In this document: positions 1 to 10,405 of the stretch, one piece after another | How positions within the stretch are numbered: position 1 is the stretch's first letter | Layout of the letters: each line of letters begins with the position of its first letter | Assembly (NCBI GenBank): GCA_964486045.1 | Contig: CAZALK010000009.1 | Span: 1 to 64,000, forward strand | DNA length: 64,000 nucleotides | Direction: 5' to 3' | Source: an uncultured archaeon | GTDB lineage: Archaea > Asgardarchaeota > Lokiarchaeia > Sigyniarchaeales > SOKP01 | Notes under the pieces: generated by a model | What the model saw: the letters and a program-made list of their open reading frames with translations, nothing else | Databases searched by the model: none | Told to the model about the DNA's origin: nothing | Program-made: the position numbers and the translations under genes

Positions 1-3000
1 ATCACACTCCGGTTGAAAAAACAATTCAAATTGGGGTAGAAAAAGTATATTTTGCAAAGAAATTCGTTGGCTATGATTATAATTCACTACCCAAGTATGC
101 AGAATTAATGCTCGTAAATACAGATGACTCATTAAATTACTCAAGTTTTACCGATCCTTACTATTACAGTACTTCCATAGAGCTTACTCCATTCAGTACT
201 GACTATTTAGGTACTTATAGAGATATTTTAGTTGAAATAAACCTTACTACCCTAGACCAATTTGCAGTCGACGGCTTTATAGATTTTACCAACTTGCTCT
301 TCTCAGTTCCTAACCCCGCCTATGAACTTACTGTCCATGAATTTGCGATTGTCCAAGAATCTCATGATCTCACAAATGAATATGATAGTATGAATGCAAG
401 AGTATGGCAATTTACCCACCAAGTAAACTTTACTTCCAGTACCACCCCTGAGATTGACGGATATATTCCTATTTTCGAGGAAACTCCCCTCTTCTTTAAT
501 GATGCAGACGAAGAGAAATGGCTACAACATCTCAAGATTTATGATGAAAACTATAATTATTATTCAGCAGGAGTTCTTGGAAGTTCTAATGAAGATGACT
601 ATCAGCTCTTATACGACTCAACCACCGGAAATATCACATGGAACCAAGGATTTGACAAATTCCAAGAATACTGGGGAATGGAAATTGAACTTCCTGCCTT
701 AATAGAGCCTAATACCACAATTTATTTTGAATATACTTTCAATAACTCATGGAACGAACGCCTCGAATTACGATATGAGAACATTGATGCCTACTCTCTA
801 GATGTTATCTATAAGTCAGATTACTTGCTAACACCTCGATACGAGCTATGGTATGACGAGCTTGTTGTTAACGATGATGATTATGATTATGAAACTGTTC
901 AATACTACGCTGAATCATTTACCGTATATGAAAATAAAGCATCTCACTCCTATACATTTGAAACCGAGTACAATTTCACCCAAGATTTCTTAAATCTCAC
1001 TTTATTTAAGGTTATTGCTTCCTATCCGAATTTCACTAAGGCAACCATTGAGGATGATAATATATCTTATAGTATTGATTTTAATATCACAAATAACGAA
1101 ATAACAATTAATGATCTAGATTCTGGAGATGGAGTTCTTAACCAATTTGATCTCATAACAGTAATTTTAAATTTTACAGCAGGTCCCGTTTCCCAAAGAA
1201 CGTTTCTAAATTTCTCAACTAATTTCAACCAAACTTATTTGACCGATCCTGAAGCCACTTTTTATGACTATCATACCATTTCATTTGCGTATTTAGAAGT
1301 ATCGCCTGAATATCTTCTATCAGAGGATGCTCAGACCATAGTTTCCAGTTATACAAGTTTTGAGTCCATCGATTATATACGCAACACTGAATTAGCTATT
1401 GACCAACACTTAAAAGGATTTAATTCCAGCTCCCGCTTTATTAATTTTGAGGTTATCGAAGATCCTTATAACGTAATTTATGAAGCTGACCTTGATCAAG
1501 ACGGGGAGGTTGATTACAAACAACAGATTGATATTGACAAAGATGGACGGATAGACATAACGAAATTTGGTGTTATGAACAGTAGTGGAAGCGAGATTAT
1601 ATGGTATCGTGTTATTCAAGACTTTGAATCGGTTGAGACCACAATTGATGAAAAAACACCCGCCGAAAAAAGAACCAAATGGTTTAGTTTAGATTATAAA
1701 TCGACAGATAACTTCTATGGCTATGCGATGCGCTCCTCACAAGAAAGGGTAATTACAACACAGACTACACGTACCGTGTTTTATGCGGTATCAGTTGATC
1801 TTGACTTAGACGGGTTTACAGACTCTCATGTCACTTATCAGAAGAAAACTGATTCCATTGAAGTAGATAGCTATTTAGATGAATGGACCGCAATTTTCGG
1901 ATTTCGCGATAGTATCTTAACCCAAGGTCTTAGTAAATCTCCACGGAATTACTTAAGCGCAATCAACAAATATATCACTGTTGAAGGTATTGAAACCGGA
2001 AACTTTACAGACTTTTTCATTAAAGATGCTGCATCTACATCCACAGCAATAACATTCATACGTGATACTTATACAAAATACAATGAGCACAATAGAACTA
2101 CCTATTTCAATGATTTTATTACTCAAGAAAGTCTAACATATAGCGACTGGGAGGAAGGAGAATTAATAGAAGTTCGCGAATATTCCAATAAATTTGAGGA
2201 TGAATTTGATATGACGACTACCACCGATATCGAATCTACAGTCAAAACACTCTCAATAATAAATGAGGAAACCAACCAGCAAGTCGAAACGGATGCACTT
2301 CCATTCTTAATAACTGATCCTGCAGGTTTAAATTGGAATACTGAGACGTGGGGTGTTGATAATGTTCCTATGGAGTTTGAAACAGTCGCCACCAAAACGG
2401 GAGATAATGGCTACGTGGTGGAAAACAGACTAGAACGTAATATTATTATTAGACTTAATGATCGGTTTAGTTTATACCACGATTACTTAAAAACAGATCC
2501 AAAAGCAGATGATATTGTCGGATCTACCTTATTTAGAGTTAACGGAGTATTTGTAACACCTCCTGATGGAAAAGTGTACCATACTTCTGACAAGAATGCC
2601 TTTTCTACAGGAGAAGGAAAGATGAATGGTCATTATCTCTATTACGATTCAGATGGTAATGCATTTTATGAAACAGTATTTATTTTGACTCCCGATGAGG
2701 ATGGGGATGGAATTTACAATGTGATTTCAATTGGGTTTAATTATGACGGAAAGCATGATTTTGAGCCTTATCAAGTTTTAAACGAAGATAATCCAGTCGG
2801 GTTTAATTCTGTGTCTCAAACTTATAGGAGTGAATATGAATATGTTGATTCTATGAACGGTTATGCGACATATATGTTCCATGGAGACAGTAATGAAATG
2901 AAGAACTTCATGAAGGCTCATTTCCCCTTATCTGATTTTGATAAATATATTCCTAAAGACCAGATATTTGAGATTTCGAGACTTATGCCCTCTGCTGAAC

Positions 3001-6000
3001 TTAATCAATATGCTCCAGACCTCTTCCTTCAGGTATATACTCATTGGTATGGTGAAACGTGGAATGTATATAGGGGGTCTCTTAATAGTGATATATGGGA
3101 GCAGGTTTTAATGATCGCTACAGCGGGAATAGCTACGGCAGTTATAGGGGTTGGTCTTGCCGCTGTTGCAATCTCAACATTGGGAGCAAGCGGAATAGGG
3201 ACTATAGCAGGTATTCTTTTTGCCATAATCTACTTCGGTCTGTCCGTAGCATCACAAGAGGAGAAACGCCAAATTCAAGCTCAACAAGTTGCATCACGTA
3301 CTTATTATAATCTTAACGAAGACGGTACATACATTGAAGACACACGGAGTCCTAAAACTTTAAGTGATAAAAGGGCTGACGAAGTCTATAACTTATATGA
3401 ACACCATCAAGGGCACCCCAGTGCGAAATACCTGCCAGTAAGCGATTCTGAAGGGTTATATAATGGACAAGCAATTGTTACACCTCCGAAGACACTCCGA
3501 ATAGCAGGCTCGACTCTTGATTATTCGGACGCCACTCTTAATAATCTTATTAACACTCTTGATACTAGCAAACTAAGTCGTCTATCAAAAAGTGGTGAGA
3601 CAATCCTTTTAGATGGGGAGGAATTAACTGCTGAAACATTAAGAAATTATCCACGAGTATTACAATACTTATTTAATGGTAACAAGATGTATACGGCATT
3701 AGTCCATGGTTCAACATCATATTCTAACCTTGATTATTTCCTTGTTTCCAGCGAGCTTCCTGCTTACAACGAGTATGATAATTATCAATTTACACCTAAT
3801 AAAGACACCGCACGAACAAGAACTTATTCGAAATATCCACTTAACAGTATCGGGGCTTTAGAAAATGCTGTAAGTACAATGTCCCTTAATGAATTTAACA
3901 CCATTAGGCCATATAGCATAAATGGACGCCCTGCGTATGGGTTTATTGATGAATACAGTAATGCATATCACCTAACGCAGCCTCGTTCCGGCCTCTACAG
4001 ACCCATCATAGTGAGTCAACAAAGATACAATGAATTAGTAGACGAGGGAATAAATACGGGTGGTACTATTTCGATCGATCTTAGAACCGGAATATACGAT
4101 AAATATCCTTGGTTCGAAGGTAGTTCCATCCCTCGTGGGATTAATGAAAATCTTACTTATGCGGAAATAGAGAAAGGTTATAAGGTAAAAGTCCCGCTTC
4201 TTTCCAAGAGCTTTGGGTACAATATTACCATGATTACTTTAGATATTTTAGAGTTAGAGACAATAACTCATATTTTATCAAGCTGGGATGTACAATGGAT
4301 GAGCGAAAATAGAAAAGAGGAGTTAGGTGTCAGGTTTAACACAAAGACAAAAGTATGGTACTATACAACAATTGACATCCTAGAATTTGAAACCGATATC
4401 GAAATAGACGAAAATGATTACATAATCGAAGGAGGGAATTTATACTTCACAATTTCACTTGATGATTTTGTAATAGAGAAATATCCACAGCCAGGATTTT
4501 TAGTACTGCAAGAAGTTTGTTCTTATAAAATTCATATTCATATCGAAACCGTAATCCCAGATACAGAAGCGAGTAGAGAACTCTTTACTCCAGAGGAAGT
4601 GTATGCTTCGATCGACTTTTTCGGAGATAATAACGCAGGCTTCTATTTGAATCCAAGTTCATTAGTATTAGACACAACTACAAGTGACATTGCTAAAGAC
4701 GCTCTTGCCCAGACCGTCTCATATCTTATCTCTGACTATGTGAGCGTACACACTCTTGCTATTGAGCTTTCACAATCTCAAGTTGAAAAAGAATATACTT
4801 CACACATCACCCGTGTATCTACATTGCTTACTTCGATTATTCTACTTATCCCAACCGTTCTTTCTGCTGGTGCCATATCTGGTTTCAGCCAAGCAGCAGC
4901 CAATGCAGCTATACTCGCTGGAGGGGGGAAGATTACAATGTCGGTCACTAGAGCTATTCTTTTATCTCTGCTGAAAACTTCTATATCCTACATCGCATCC
5001 ATCCCCGTTCAAGTCATCGGGGAGGAATTAGAAGAGCTTTATTTAGATCCGTGGATTGAGAGTGAAATGATCAAGATGGCTGTCCGAACCGGTACTCCAC
5101 GCGAGGTCGGAGAGTTCTGGGCTATGTTTGTGTCCTCTTTCAGAGAAGCTTTCTTAGGTGCTGGTAGTGCTATTGTAGGAGGGATTAAGGGTTCCGGATC
5201 AAGTGATATGAAAGTAAATTTAGAGAATAATGTAGAGATCGCTATAGATGCCCAAAATAAAGCAGATTTCGAATCCGCACTTGAATTTGTAGATGTCATA
5301 TATGACGAAGTTTTTTATTCAGATTCAATTTCTCAGACTTCTACAAGAGCTGAATTTGATACATCCATAGCAAGTATAACTAATCAGAAGAGGAAGCATA
5401 ATTTCGCGAGCCTTATCAGTTCCGACAGGTTCTTTAGCATACTGGCTTCGGTCCCAAGCTTTTTTGTAGGCGCTGGAGGAATATCAACAATGACTCAACT
5501 CCTTGACTTAAGTACCGACCTAATATTTGAGCTTGAGCTAGGCAGGCTCATTGATAACAAGTTTATTCTTGATCCAATACTCGATGAGCTAAATGAGGGT
5601 AGAAAGATCCATGAATTAGTACTTAAGAATAAAGAAGCCTACAAGAAATATTCAAATGAGATAGAAGTAAAAACTATCTCTGCTGTTAAGGGTCTTTCTT
5701 CTGCTATTAACATAGCCTCCTTATTTGACCAAGCCTCAAGTAACGTCCCACAAGTCACAGCTCAATTAATGTTTAAGCAATTAGGAGAGAATCTCCAAAG
5801 TTTAAAGGTGATAGGTAAATCAAAGCAAATACAATATATTCTAGAGCAAAATCTACAAATTCAAGAAAGTGTGGTTCCAATTGTTTACGGTGCTGATGAA
5901 GCATATATCTTTGACGAAGAAGTTAGAGCTTTCTCCACTTTCTCTTATAAAAGAGCGACCAGCAAAGCTTCAGTCACGGAATCATTAGAAGGTGTAAAGG

Positions 6001-9000
6001 TTGTATATAAAAGAGGAGACCATCCAATAGACGTAAAGCGAGAAATAGGTTATCAATGGAGGAATTTTATCATTACAAAAGACCGAGTTGTAACTGATGA
6101 AGGACATGAAGTAATGCGTGACTTTTCTCAAGAATGGATATTATATGACGTGCTGCGTATTTTGGGCTATGAGTTTACCTCTGATTATATGACAAACCCC
6201 GACTCCCAACTTCAGATAGTCTACATCGAAGGTAGTCAGATTCAAGATACCGATTTTATCAAAGAGCAGTTCCCATATTATTATGAATTTATTATAGACT
6301 CGGATACAGATAATAAAGCTGTTTTCAGTACAATCTTTAAAGGAAGATTAGGTACATTGGCCTATACTTACAAAGAATTTGAGATTTTAGATAGGGTGTT
6401 TAAGTATGTTAAGAAAGAAGCTGATATATTTACCCATTCCAACTTCTATCAAAACAATGAATTTGATGCTAACAAATTCGAGAAATCATTTAGAAGTTAT
6501 TTCAATATGAAATGGAAAGGCGTTGAGAAAAATGCAAGAGATGTTTTCTATGATGTCGTATTCGAACCAGGTCTTACCCGAGCAAAAACTGATAAGTCAC
6601 TTAGCAAATATGCTACCAAACAAGCACAATATATCATTCTGGATACTGTTATGAGAAATCTTGCTGAAATTGATGTTGGAGAAAATCTTAAGTCTTCTGA
6701 AGTACTTGCTAAGATAGAAGAGGAGATGGGTAGTTTGCATAATACCGAGATAGACAAATTGAAGATATTCAAAGATTTAAGTAAATTCATGAAATCTCCA
6801 AAGACAGGAATGCCTGCATTTTTTGAAGTATTCATGGAGGGATTTTTTGATAGTACAAAAACGTATTTATCATTTTCATCTACAATTCAGAAAATAATAG
6901 CGAGATATATGGAATCCCATAATGCAATGGACGATCTCCCAAATAAACTTATTAAGATATTTCAAACAGAAGAGTTTGTCGCTTGGATAGATGGAATGAA
7001 TTATGGAGAGACGGGAAAAGATCTAGAATTGAATAAATATTTCGATTACATAGATGTAGGTATTGAGGAAATTGAATCAATTCTATTTAGTTCCAACATC
7101 AATAGGCTCAGAGCTGGTTTGAAATCAAATACTTTTAATCCAGATGTAGGTGCAAATCTTCTTACTTCCTTGGCTCTTTATGCGATAGAATCAAAAAACA
7201 CTAAAGACTCAGAAGTAAGACCTACGGCCTTGAAAGAAGTGGGAAGAGATTTGTTACGAAGTGCATTTATGCTGACGATAATCGAATTGAGCAAAATTGT
7301 GAAGAGTGGTCAAAATCTCAGGTTGAAGGACTTGCGAAGTCTAGGATTATCGGCTTCAGTCGTCTCTCTTAACGGATTTGTAGATTTAGCTAATATAATA
7401 ACCTATATGGGCGAGACAACACGGTTCAGTCAGTTTAAATCTGGTAAAGTGTATAAAATGCCAAGCTTATACACTTTATTATCTTTATCTGCCGGAAAGA
7501 TTAATCAAAGGGGTGTTGAGTCCTCTGGTAACATGTATGCTATAATAGATTATATTAACTCAAATGATTTTATCTCGGATGTAGAGGATTTGGTACCACA
7601 AGCATTCAACAAAGAACATGTCAAAGACTTTGATAAAAATTTTTATAAAGAGGTACAAAAATTCTTTAGCGATAATTTTGATAATTTTAGATCCCCAACT
7701 GCTGACAATACAGGTTGGGAAATCTCTTTTGGGGAAAGTTTCAACATATTATTCAAGAAGACAGACAGTAGTGGAGACTTAGTTAAAAGGAGAGTGAAAG
7801 ATCTTCCTTCAGACATCAAGATTTATGAGAATGGAGAGTGGGTGATATTGTCTGACAACCTAAAGCTTGAATATCCTACAATGAGCGCAACACAAATACA
7901 GGAAATGGAATTAGATGCAGCCTACATGATCGTACATGGTTTGGAAGGTAACAGTTTAATCAACGGTCTTTTCAAGGTGGAAGAAGTGAAGAATAAGCTC
8001 CCAACTGGTATTAAAGAAGGATATTATGATCAATCAACTAAAAAAGTACACCACAATATATTTATTAGTGATGCATTTGGTAATTTCCTCTATAGCAAGA
8101 TTGAGTTCGAGTCTCGTAGAACCATGAGCGAAGTAAGAATTCGTCCAGAAAATTGGCATCTTACCTTTGTGGGCAAGAATACGGAACAAGACTTATTTGT
8201 GGCCTTTAGTATGACGTCCGGGAGTCAGTTCTCGTGCTTTTTATTTGATACAAAGGTTGATATTTTGGTAAAAAGCCCATATAATGATTATTTTAAAGGA
8301 GAAACATTTGAGCAAAAGCGTAAGAGAATTACCATATCGGGTGATACTCGTTCTCCTGATTTTTCTCAAGAGGGGATTACTATGACGAAAGAAGTGTTTT
8401 TACGTGATTATTTCCACTATGCATACTCAGGATATTATGCAGGGTTTAGCGCTCTTCCTGTATCAATAAATCCCTATGCGTCCAGCACTTTTGATGAGTT
8501 AAACGTACAATTTAAGATCGATGAAGAGAAGATCGATTATAATACTCAACGGAAGAAAGTAGTAGTCGAGGCAATAATCAATGAAATCTTTGATTCCAAT
8601 AATGATATGGAGACATTTTTATTATCCGATGGGAGAGATAGCAATGGAATCTTAATGCCTAGAACGACAAGTAGTACAACTCAAGTTGTTACTAAGAAAC
8701 AGTGGATCAAGTGGATGTTTGATGTATTAACAGATCCTACTTTAACGTCAAAACTACTCCCAGAAGGTATGAATCCTACCCACGATTTAATAAGGAGAGC
8801 AATCGGGAAATTAGATGAGTTAAAGAAATCAGGACCTGATTCAAATCCCGTTGATATCACTACGGACATAATCAATTATGCTACTGATTTAGAAGCTCAG
8901 AAAGCCAAAAGCATTTTTAACATCATTAAAGATTTACTTGGACATAAGACTATCCGAAGCATCTTTATGCATACAATTGATTACTATGAGGAAGGTGGTT

Positions 9001-10280
9001 ATGTTTTGGAGACAACAACACTCAGGAGTTTCGAATTAATGGAGAAGGTTTTTGAGTTGTATGGGTTTGTTTACCCTACATATAATCCAAATTTGGACTC
9101 GTCAGTGTCTAAGACAAGAACTCCGGATAGTAACGGTATCCATAAAAATATTTTCCATTACTTGTATGGGAATGCCTATTTCAGTTTTACTGTTGTTGAC
9201 GGTAAAGAATATAAAGCAGATTTAGGATATTCTCCAATGCCTTTCTTACCTCCAGGTACTATCTTGTCACGCGCAAGTGTAGATACTGAGCTAATTGGAT
9301 TATTTGAGTCACATTATAAACAAGCATATGCTCCTAGTAAGCAAAATGATATTTATGTTAAAACAGAGGCATTTTTCGAGAATGGTCTTGAATTATTTAA
9401 GGCTATGGAACAGAGGATTAGGGACACTTTGGTAGCTTTATCGTTAGTGGATAACTCTTTTGTATATGATGAGAATCTAGTACAAAATACATTGTTTAAG
9501 GTTATGGCCAATTTACAACAGATCGGACGCTCAGGTCCTTTGTCACCTAGACTTCAAATCGATGATTTGATGACTGATAGGAGCTTTTCTAGAATAATAA
9601 CTTTTGATAAAATACTAGTTGGAACCCAACCTTTAAAGATAAGATTAACAAAACAAGATTTGGATGGAAAAGATATATTTACTCTACGCAGAAAGGGCTT
9701 CTTTAAGGTTAGTGATATCGATTTCGACAAAATAAACATGGTCGCAATAAATAATAAGCTAGCAGGATTATGGACACTTTTAAGTGATTATACAGGAAAA
9801 ACTATCGAGTTTTATTTCTTGGAAAATGTCGGTGAGGAAGGTTGGCAATATATAGGTCTTACCCCTGGCGCTCCAGCTTATGACTTCGTTGCTGCGAGTG
9901 AGAGACACACACGTAATGCTCCATCTTATGTGGAGATTAATGTCGATCAGCTGTTTAATGGTGATATCAGTGAAATGCAGAAATTATTAAGAGTAATCAA
10001 AGTATCGATGGGATTTAAGAAAACTCTTACTGGAGGAACTCGAATGGGATTTCTGATGTCAGATGGGACTGATATTATTACCGCTTTTGATGGCCAAGCG
10101 TTTTATTCGTCTAATGATTTTATTTCTAATAGGTATACTGGGGGTGGTGGAACAACGAGATATTACCTCGAGGTGGGACTAGTAGACTTTGAGGGTGATC
10201 AAAATCTAATCGATTATGCAAACATATTGTGGACATCTCAACTATTCTATTACAAGAATTTAGCGAATTTTATTCTATGA
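1..10280 (+). CDS. Giant (>3,400 aa) putative surface/secreted protein, 5'-partial; acidic Ca-binding N-terminal region, hydrophobic helical segments, long unassigned C-terminal region
   Basis: The ORF track starts at ATG 108, but the same frame is open from position 3 (HTPVEKTIQIGVEKVYFAKKFVGYDYNSLPKYAEL-M), so the gene begins upstream of the window. DxDxDG-type motifs occur at ~1488, 1530, 1797, 2646 and 2694. Hydrophobic Gly/Ala-rich segments lie at ~3100-3255, 4815-5020, 5110-5200 and 5430-5490. Confidence 0.85.
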   Translation, partial: HTPVEKTIQIGVEKVYFAKKFVGYDYNSLPKYAELMLVNTDDSLNYSSFTDPYYYSTSIELTPFSTDYLGTYRDILVEINLTTLDQFAVDGFIDFTNLLFSVPNPAYELTVHEFAIVQESHDLTNEYDSMNARVWQFTHQVNFTSSTTPEIDGYIPIFEETPLFFNDADEEKWLQHLKIYDENYNYYSAGVLGSSNEDDYQLLYDSTTGNITWNQGFDKFQEYWGMEIELPALIEPNTTIYFEYTFNNSWNERLELRYENIDAYSLDVIYKSDYLLTPRYELWYDELVVNDDDYDYETVQYYAESFTVYENKASHSYTFETEYNFTQDFLNLTLFKVIASYPNFTKATIEDDNISYSIDFNITNNEITINDLDSGDGVLNQFDLITVILNFTAGPVSQRTFLNFSTNFNQTYLTDPEATFYDYHTISFAYLEVSPEYLLSEDAQTIVSSYTSFESIDYIRNTELAIDQHLKGFNSSSRFINFEVIEDPYNVIYEADLDQDGEVDYKQQIDIDKDGRIDITKFGVMNSSGSEIIWYRVIQDFESVETTIDEKTPAEKRTKWFSLDYKSTDNFYGYAMRSSQERVITTQTTRTVFYAVSVDLDLDGFTDSHVTYQKKTDSIEVDSYLDEWTAIFGFRDSILTQGLSKSPRNYLSAINKYITVEGIETGNFTDFFIKDAASTSTAITFIRDTYTKYNEHNRTTYFNDFITQESLTYSDWEEGELIEVREYSNKFEDEFDMTTTTDIESTVKTLSIINEETNQQVETDALPFLITDPAGLNWNTETWGVDNVPMEFETVATKTGDNGYVVENRLERNIIIRLNDRFSLYHDYLKTDPKADDIVGSTLFRVNGVFVTPPDGKVYHTSDKNAFSTGEGKMNGHYLYYDSDGNAFYETVFILTPDEDGDGIYNVISIGFNYDGKHDFEPYQVLNEDNPVGFNSVSQTYRSEYEYVDSMNGYATYMFHGDSNEMKNFMKAHFPLSDFDKYIPKDQIFEISRLMPSAELNQYAPDLFLQVYTHWYGETWNVYRGSLNSDIWEQVLMIATAGIATAVIGVGLAAVAISTLGASGIGTIAGILFAIIYFGLSVASQEEKRQIQAQQVASRTYYNLNEDGTYIEDTRSPKTLSDKRADEVYNLYEHHQGHPSAKYLPVSDSEGLYNGQAIVTPPKTLRIAGSTLDYSDATLNNLINTLDTSKLSRLSKSGETILLDGEELTAETLRNYPRVLQYLFNGNKMYTALVHGSTSYSNLDYFLVSSELPAYNEYDNYQFTPNKDTARTRTYSKYPLNSIGALENAVSTMSLNEFNTIRPYSINGRPAYGFIDEYSNAYHLTQPRSGLYRPIIVSQQRYNELVDEGINTGGTISIDLRTGIYDKYPWFEGSSIPRGINENLTYAEIEKGYKVKVPLLSKSFGYNITMITLDILELETITHILSSWDVQWMSENRKEELGVRFNTKTKVWYYTTIDILEFETDIEIDENDYIIEGGNLYFTISLDDFVIEKYPQPGFLVLQEVCSYKIHIHIETVIPDTEASRELFTPEEVYASIDFFGDNNAGFYLNPSSLVLDTTTSDIAKDALAQTVSYLISDYVSVHTLAIELSQSQVEKEYTSHITRVSTLLTSIILLIPTVLSAGAISGFSQAAANAAILAGGGKITMSVTRAILLSLLKTSISYIASIPVQVIGEELEELYLDPWIESEMIKMAVRTGTPREVGEFWAMFVSSFREAFLGAGSAIVGGIKGSGSSDMKVNLENNVEIAIDAQNKADFESALEFVDVIYDEVFYSDSISQTSTRAEFDTSIASITNQKRKHNFASLISSDRFFSILASVPSFFVGAGGISTMTQLLDLSTDLIFELELGRLIDNKFILDPILDELNEGRKIHELVLKNKEAYKKYSNEIEVKTISAVKGLSSAINIASLFDQASSNVPQVTAQLMFKQLGENLQSLKVIGKSKQIQYILEQNLQIQESVVPIVYGADEAYIFDEEVRAFSTFSYKRATSKASVTESLEGVKVVYKRGDHPIDVKREIGYQWRNFIITKDRVVTDEGHEVMRDFSQEWILYDVLRILGYEFTSDYMTNPDSQLQIVYIEGSQIQDTDFIKEQFPYYYEFIIDSDTDNKAVFSTIFKGRLGTLAYTYKEFEILDRVFKYVKKEADIFTHSNFYQNNEFDANKFEKSFRSYFNMKWKGVEKNARDVFYDVVFEPGLTRAKTDKSLSKYATKQAQYIILDTVMRNLAEIDVGENLKSSEVLAKIEEEMGSLHNTEIDKLKIFKDLSKFMKSPKTGMPAFFEVFMEGFFDSTKTYLSFSSTIQKIIARYMESHNAMDDLPNKLIKIFQTEEFVAWIDGMNYGETGKDLELNKYFDYIDVGIEEIESILFSSNINRLRAGLKSNTFNPDVGANLLTSLALYAIESKNTKDSEVRPTALKEVGRDLLRSAFMLTIIELSKIVKSGQNLRLKDLRSLGLSASVVSLNGFVDLANIITYMGETTRFSQFKSGKVYKMPSLYTLLSLSAGKINQRGVESSGNMYAIIDYINSNDFISDVEDLVPQAFNKEHVKDFDKNFYKEVQKFFSDNFDNFRSPTADNTGWEISFGESFNILFKKTDSSGDLVKRRVKDLPSDIKIYENGEWVILSDNLKLEYPTMSATQIQEMELDAAYMIVHGLEGNSLINGLFKVEEVKNKLPTGIKEGYYDQSTKKVHHNIFISDAFGNFLYSKIEFESRRTMSEVRIRPENWHLTFVGKNTEQDLFVAFSMTSGSQFSCFLFDTKVDILVKSPYNDYFKGETFEQKRKRITISGDTRSPDFSQEGITMTKEVFLRDYFHYAYSGYYAGFSALPVSINPYASSTFDELNVQFKIDEEKIDYNTQRKKVVVEAIINEIFDSNNDMETFLLSDGRDSNGILMPRTTSSTTQVVTKKQWIKWMFDVLTDPTLTSKLLPEGMNPTHDLIRRAIGKLDELKKSGPDSNPVDITTDIINYATDLEAQKAKSIFNIIKDLLGHKTIRSIFMHTIDYYEEGGYVLETTTLRSFELMEKVFELYGFVYPTYNPNLDSSVSKTRTPDSNGIHKNIFHYLYGNAYFSFTVVDGKEYKADLGYSPMPFLPPGTILSRASVDTELIGLFESHYKQAYAPSKQNDIYVKTEAFFENGLELFKAMEQRIRDTLVALSLVDNSFVYDENLVQNTLFKVMANLQQIGRSGPLSPRLQIDDLMTDRSFSRIITFDKILVGTQPLKIRLTKQDLDGKDIFTLRRKGFFKVSDIDFDKINMVAINNKLAGLWTLLSDYTGKTIEFYFLENVGEEGWQYIGLTPGAPAYDFVAASERHTRNAPSYVEINVDQLFNGDISEMQKLLRVIKVSMGFKKTLTGGTRMGFLMSDGTDIITAFDGQAFYSSNDFISNRYTGGGGTTRYYLEVGLVDFEGDQNLIDYANILWTSQLFYYKNLANFIL

Positions 10281-10312
10281 TTTAAAAAATTTAAGATTTA
10301 AGCTAACTTTTA

Positions 10313-10321
10313 TTTTTTTTT
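10313..10321 (+). terminator. Oligo-T tract, putative archaeal-type terminator after the giant gene
   Basis: T9 run ~30 nt after the stop codon at 10280. Similar T-runs follow several other genes, e.g. ~26219-26238 and ~40277-40284. Confidence 0.35.
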
Positions 10322-10405
10322 AATTTTATGATTTTAAATAGTTAATATCAAAAATTCAATTTCGAGAATTCATTATATTTATATTTCAATACTATTTGTA
10401 TTTTA

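Noticed and set aside
454-9739. Short overlapping ORFs on both strands inside the giant gene, and similar 60-140 aa shadow ORFs throughout the window
   Set aside because: They lie wholly within longer motif-bearing genes, have no recognisable motifs and are expected by chance.
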